Positions 6,786 to 11,325 of a DNA stretch of 11,325 nucleotides are shown here, piece by piece; position 1 is the stretch's first letter, and each line of letters begins with the position of its first letter. The notes beneath the pieces are model-generated. The model made no database searches and was not told where the DNA came from. It worked only from the letters and a program-made list of their open reading frames with translations. Source of the DNA: Chlorokybus atmophyticus (Eukaryota > Plantae > Mesostigma and Chlorokybus algae). Both the position numbers and the translations under genes were made by a program. Location: contig RHPI01000818.1 of the NCBI GenBank assembly GCA_009103225.1, positions 475,826 through 487,150 on the forward strand. The letters are read 5' to 3'.

Positions 6786-8312
6786 GTGAGTGTGTTTGCA
6801 CTTGCATTCACGTGATTGTGAAGTGCGTGTGTCTGCATCATAGACCAGTTCGGATAACTGCGCCTTGCAGACAACTATGTGCACTGTTGTGTGTGCATGC
6901 GACTGCATGTGTGATGGCCGAGCAAGCAGGGCAAGCAATGAACATGTAATGGCAATATATTACTGTATACACTTATGCACATCTGTTCTGCAGGCTATAT
7001 ACACTGAATGGATGCCTATAAACCCAGCCTGCAGCTGGAGTATAAGCAACCTGAAGTAGGTACCTGGGTGCTACTGACTCAGTCTATAGGCCATACTAGG
7101 GTGGTGGTGGTGCCGGTGGTGGTGGTGAGTGTCTGCTCAAGTAGTAGCCGATCAGGTTATGATAAATGGCGTTGGTGTAGTGTGGGCCCAGGTGCATAAC
7201 TTCTCGTTGTGCTGCAGTGAGGTGTGTATATGATTTGTTCGCCATGTTCTGATCAAGCAGAAGCAAAATGTGAGTGAGGCCCGGCTGCAGAGCACCAAAC
7301 GCCTCCAAAGTGTTGGCGTACAAAGGGAGCCCATTCTCCGCTCGCCGTTGATTGATGTCACGGAGGTAATGGTGCGCTGTGTTTCAGATCAAAACACACA
7401 GTGCAGCAGGATCACTGTCCCAAGTGTCTCGTGTCGCTTGATTGTTCCTCTGCGCCCAGGCATTGCGAGCTTGTATGCAGACCGCAAGCTCTGGAGCCAT
7501 CAGCTGTTGCCAACCTTGCAAGTACTGTTGTATGCGCTGGGTAGTCTGTGCTCCTCCTTCGCTCAACGAACGTGCCCGCGCGCCGGGACTTTCAGCCAGG
7601 AAGTCCTCCACCACAACCCGCATCCACTCATCAACCAGCACGCCTTCCATGCGAATTTGCTGTTTTTCAACGAACTCCATATCATCTTCTAAGTTCGTAA
7701 CCCGCTTATCAAGTTGATTGTTCTCCCTTTGCTGTTAAATGATTTTCTCTTGCAGTTCAGCTGCTGGCGGTAGTGCGGACGTGGAAGGAATGTCAGCAGC
7801 TCCACCACCTGGCATTACAGTCTGCAGCATCTGAAGCGTTTCCTTGAGCCTCTGCTGGGTATCTTCAAGCAGCTTCTCTGTATGACTGACACGCTGCATG
7901 GCTTGAGCAACGTTTTCTACCGATTCTGCCAGGTCCGCCTGCGCCTTCAGGAGTTTTGGGTCGTTCATGGTGGCTGGTCGCTTGCCGTCTTTGATAAGCT
8001 TCTTATTGGACTTCTGGAGTTTGGCATTTTCCTGACGCAGGCGTTTCACCTCCGCATTCAGGGCGTCTGCTTGCCTGCTTGCCTCTGCTTGCAGCTTGCC
8101 CCCAGTCTCTTGCGTTTGAGAGGCCAGCCGCTGGAGTTGTTTGTTGAGAGACTCCACTCTTGCTTCGAGGCGGTTCTTCTCAGCAGTCAAAGATTCAACC
8201 TCTGTTTGCAGCTTGCGCCCAGCCTCTTGCGCCTGTTGAGAGGCCTTCCCGAGTTTTTCATTGAGAGACTGCACTGCTGCACGGAGCTTCCTCCTGGCCT
8301 CCTCGCCTGTGC

Positions 8313-8678
8313 GCCGGCGCTCGCCTGCAGCTTCTTCCTGGCCTCCTCGGCTTGGCGCAGGCGCTCACTCAGTTGCAAGTTCTCCTCTCGTAGGCGGTCC
8401 GCCTCTTCACGCACCTGCTGAGCGGAGGACTCCTGCTGCTGCTGCTGGCCGCTGCTCTCCTCCAGCTTCTTCCTGGCCTCCTCGCTTTGGCGCAGCCGCT
8501 CAGTCAGGCTTGCATTGTCCTGTCGTAGACGGTCCGCCTCCTCAAGCGCCTTCTGCTGAGTGGACGCCTCCTGCTGCTGCTGGCCGCCGCTCTCCTGCTG
8601 CTTCTTCCTGACCTCCTCAGCTTGGCGCAGGCGCTCACTCAGTTCTGCATTTTCCTTTTGTAGGCGGTCCGCCTCCTC
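8313..8678 (-). repeat. 135-bp (45-aa) coding tandem repeat x2.7
   Basis: EEADRL..(E/D)N..L(S/T)ERLRQ.EE.RKK...S.GQQQQ; the nucleotide anchor gcgcag(g/c)cgctca recurs at 8355, 8490 and 8625. Confidence 0.9.
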
Positions 8679-10040
8679 ACGCGCCTGCCGCTGGAGGGAG
8701 GCCATTTGCTGAAGCTGGATTTGGAGTTGAGAGGCCTCCTCGGCTTTGCGCGCAGCGTCACGCGCTTGTTGCGAGGCCTCCTCGGCTTTGCGCAGGCGCT
8801 TCTGCAGGCTCTGGATCTCCTCCAAGCGTGCTGCTGCTGATCCTTTGAAGCTGCTCCTCGCCTGCCGTAGGCTCGCATTCTCTGTTTCCAAGCGTTGCCT
8901 CTCCGCATTGGTCCACCTCAACTGGTGCTGAAGCGTGTCTTCCTGCTGCTTCCGAATGGAGTCTTGGTGTGACTGCTGACGCTGAAGTCTTGCATTAAGG
9001 GCGTCAACCTCTGCTTGGAGCTTTTGTGCTTGCGCGGAGGGCTGCTGCTGAAGCTGGTCAAGAAGGTTCCGCTGGTTTTTCCTGGCCTCCTCGGCTGTCG
9101 CCAACAGCTGTCGTAGGCGGTCCCTGTCAGCAGTGGTGGCAACCAACTCTTGCGCTGCATCCTCACGCTGCAAGGCCAGCACCAACTCTGCATCCAACTC
9201 GCTGATCCTGTTAAAGGCGGCCTTCACGTCATCTTCAATGCGCTTGCAGCGGGTGAGGTGCTCTTTCAAGGCAGGGCGTTCACCGCACAGACGTTCAGCT
9301 TCTTCCCTCGCCAGCTCTGAACGCCGAGCATCGATTTCTCCCAGCTCTTGCAAAGTTTGTTGTAGCTGTTGTACGTGCTGGCTGTCTTCCGCTCTGGCCT
9401 GATCCTGCTGTTGCAGCCTTTGTCGCTCAGCATTGGCTGCATCAAGAGCGGCCTGCAGCTGTGGTATGCGCCCCACGGCCTCCTCTCTTTCCTTCTCCTG
9501 CTTTGCAAGAGCCACCTCCAGCTTCTGTATGCGCCCCCCGGCCTCCTCTCTGGCCTTCTTCTCCTGTTGCAGCAACTCTGCATGCTGTTGGCTAGCCTTG
9601 GCTGCTGCTTCAACAGCGGTTGATAACTCCGCTGCATAGATGCGCTTGACATCAGCGCTGGCGGATGCAACGGCCTGGGTGCTTGTAGACGCCTCTTCTA
9701 GGTGTTGCTGCATCGAAACACCAAGTTATAGCACAAACACGAAACAGCGGGGTCATAGACCGAAATGGACAGTGCGGCCTGTGACGCACAAGTAGCCAGA
9801 GACTGACTAATGCTGAAGTTGGCCAAGGGTTACCTAAAGTTGGGGCACTTGCTGTTGGAGGTTCTGGACAAAGCCTTCAACCAACTTGGCTATGTTGCTG
9901 GCATTGGCGACTCCTGAACGTGCAGCAGCGATACCGTCTTCCAACTTCTTACGAGCATCGTCGTCACCGTCACCGTTGCTGTCATCATCGCTGCTTTCAT
10001 GATCGCTGGGTTCATCACCACTGCCGTCTCCATGATGATC

Positions 10041-10120
10041 ACCTCCAGCAGGTTCATGATGATTACCTCCAGCAGGTTCATCAAGACCTCCAGCAGGTTC
10101 ATCACCTCCAGCAGGTTCAT
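10041..10120 (-). repeat. 17-bp core x4 encoding (D/N/H)EPAGG
   Basis: acctccagcaggttcat starts at 10041, 10065, 10086 and 10104. Confidence 0.95.
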
Positions 10121-11325
10121 TACCGCTGACATGCTGACCCTCAGCAGCACCTTCTGGAGTCCCTCCAGCAGTTTGATGGCCACGGTCTATGGCATCCTTC
10201 TCTGCGCTTCCTTGTGGTGGCCTGTCCGGAAACACTAGAGGAACTGAAGGTCGCCCCAAAACCCCTCCCAATGCTGCAAGTGCAGCAGCAGCAGCAGCAT
10301 CAAAGGCAAGAGCAGCAGCTTGAGAAGGATTGCTAGAGGTAGCCGCAGCACCAGAAGCAGCACTAGAAGGAGTCGGACCAGGAGCTGCAGCAGGAATGGA
10401 TTGCCAAGGATGGTTGCACTCCCACTTGTTGATGAGGTATGCGCGCAAGGACTTGTAATTCTCCGCCCATCCTGGATCCTGAAAATGGATGGTCTTCATC
10501 TGCTCTTCCAGCCAAACTTCTCGCTTCTGTTTCCTCCGATTAGCAATGGCGTTGATGTGTAGCCGGCGTGTCTCCCACTCCGCCTTGTTGCGTTGCTGCA
10601 ATTGCTTTTGCTCAGCCTGCCACTGTGCAGTCGTATCTTGGGCGTTTTGAACATTGGTGCGCACGGCAGCTATCTGCTCCTCAGTCAACCAATGTCGCCT
10701 GCTTTCATTCAGACCATTGCGCACCATGGACAAAATGGTCTTCTCGATTCTTGACTGATAATCCTGCTCCTTCAGCCTGTGCTGATTTGCAGCCCGTGTC
10801 ACCATGGCGCCCTGAGGGGCAATCTCTTGAAGGCCTTTGCGAATTGTAGTCTCTGCCTTACGGAACACTTCCTTGGTAAGTTTCTGCGAATCATCACCAC
10901 CAGTTAAAACACGAATTACACACAACTCATTTACGTTTTAACAACACAAACATAACCTTTGTTCTTTCTCTTGTTCTATTCTGGAGTCTATCTGTCTTGA
11001 CAGCAGGAATAGTCTATCTAGCACGCGTGTAAGCTCAGCGCACTTGCTTTCAGCTGAGTCAAATATCCCTTTTAAAAGGCGTACAGACGCCTCTCTGACA
11101 GTGTGATTGACTGTGTCGTTCTGGTGACACAAGTGCAGTCAATGAATGCACAATGACATGTACGACCATGCACTGACGAAGCGTTCTCAACACTTACATT
11201 CTGTCTTTGATTTCGGGCGACTTGTGGTCGTTTCAGCACCTGTTGAAGGACTAGCATGCACATGTAGTTGAGGCAAGCATGGATGCACACGGACAGAGCT
11301 ACCGCCACCAGAGCATACACAGGTC

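Larger units (their letters stand above)
7096..11239 (-). pseudogene. Large disrupted gene (at least ~1290 codons): N-terminal helical region, Ala/Gly/Asp low-complexity linker, long Q/E-rich coiled coil, C-terminal helical domain
   Basis: Exons 11198-11239, 10957-11120, 9834-10883 and 7096-9707. Introns 11121-11197 (GTAAGT..CAG), 10884-10956 (phase mismatch, link uncertain) and 9708-9833 (GTAACC..TGCAG). In-frame stops are TAG 9834-9836, TAA 7735-7737 and TGA 7384-7386, and there is a 1-nt frameshift near 8305. The ORF-track pieces 7096-7323, 7384-7680 and 7735-8274 are all in one frame with protein-like sequence between them. Confidence 0.75.

Noticed and set aside
7882-9670. Multiple alternative-frame and plus-strand ORFs (7882-8421, 8261-8611, 8639-8908, 9133-9402, 9266-9670 and others)
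   Set aside because: Stop-poor shadows of the CAG/GAG-rich coiled-coil frame.
6046-9836. Reassigned genetic code (TAA/TAG = Gln, as in some ulvophyte algae and ciliates)
   Set aside because: An in-frame TGA and two frameshifts also occur. The very Gln-rich 508-codon stretch and the 546-codon TnpA-like gene contain no TAA/TAG, and the latter ends plausibly at TAG. Pseudogenisation is the simpler explanation.

Overview
Eukaryotic nuclear DNA, not prokaryotic. It has many short GT-AG introns (about 73-147 nt) with (T)GCAG acceptors and CTAAC/CTGAC branch points; the style suggests a green alga or similar protist, but this is low confidence. Left to right: (1) the last exon of an unidentified + strand gene (24-455). 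(2) A cluster of cis structures, including an 88-nt near-perfect hairpin (911-998). (3) An apparently intact 12-exon + strand gene (about 546 aa, 1729-4407) whose C-terminal domain resembles CACTA/EnSpm TnpA (Tnp1/DUF8039-like) proteins and which ends in an RGG tail. (4) About 700 bp of dispersed repeats built on a TGAATATTCA palindrome, resembling subterminal repeats. (5) A disrupted N-terminal fragment of a CACTA/EnSpm (Tnp2-like) transposase that seems to carry an inserted Agenet/Tudor-like domain (5641-6785). (6) A convergent, disrupted gene of at least ~1290 codons (7096-11239, - strand) encoding a Q/E-rich coiled-coil protein with a C-terminal helical domain containing an RNxWA(Q) HEPN-like motif. 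Most ORFs in the supplied track are exon fragments or antisense shadows of these genes. All family assignments are by-eye motif recognition; no database search was run.
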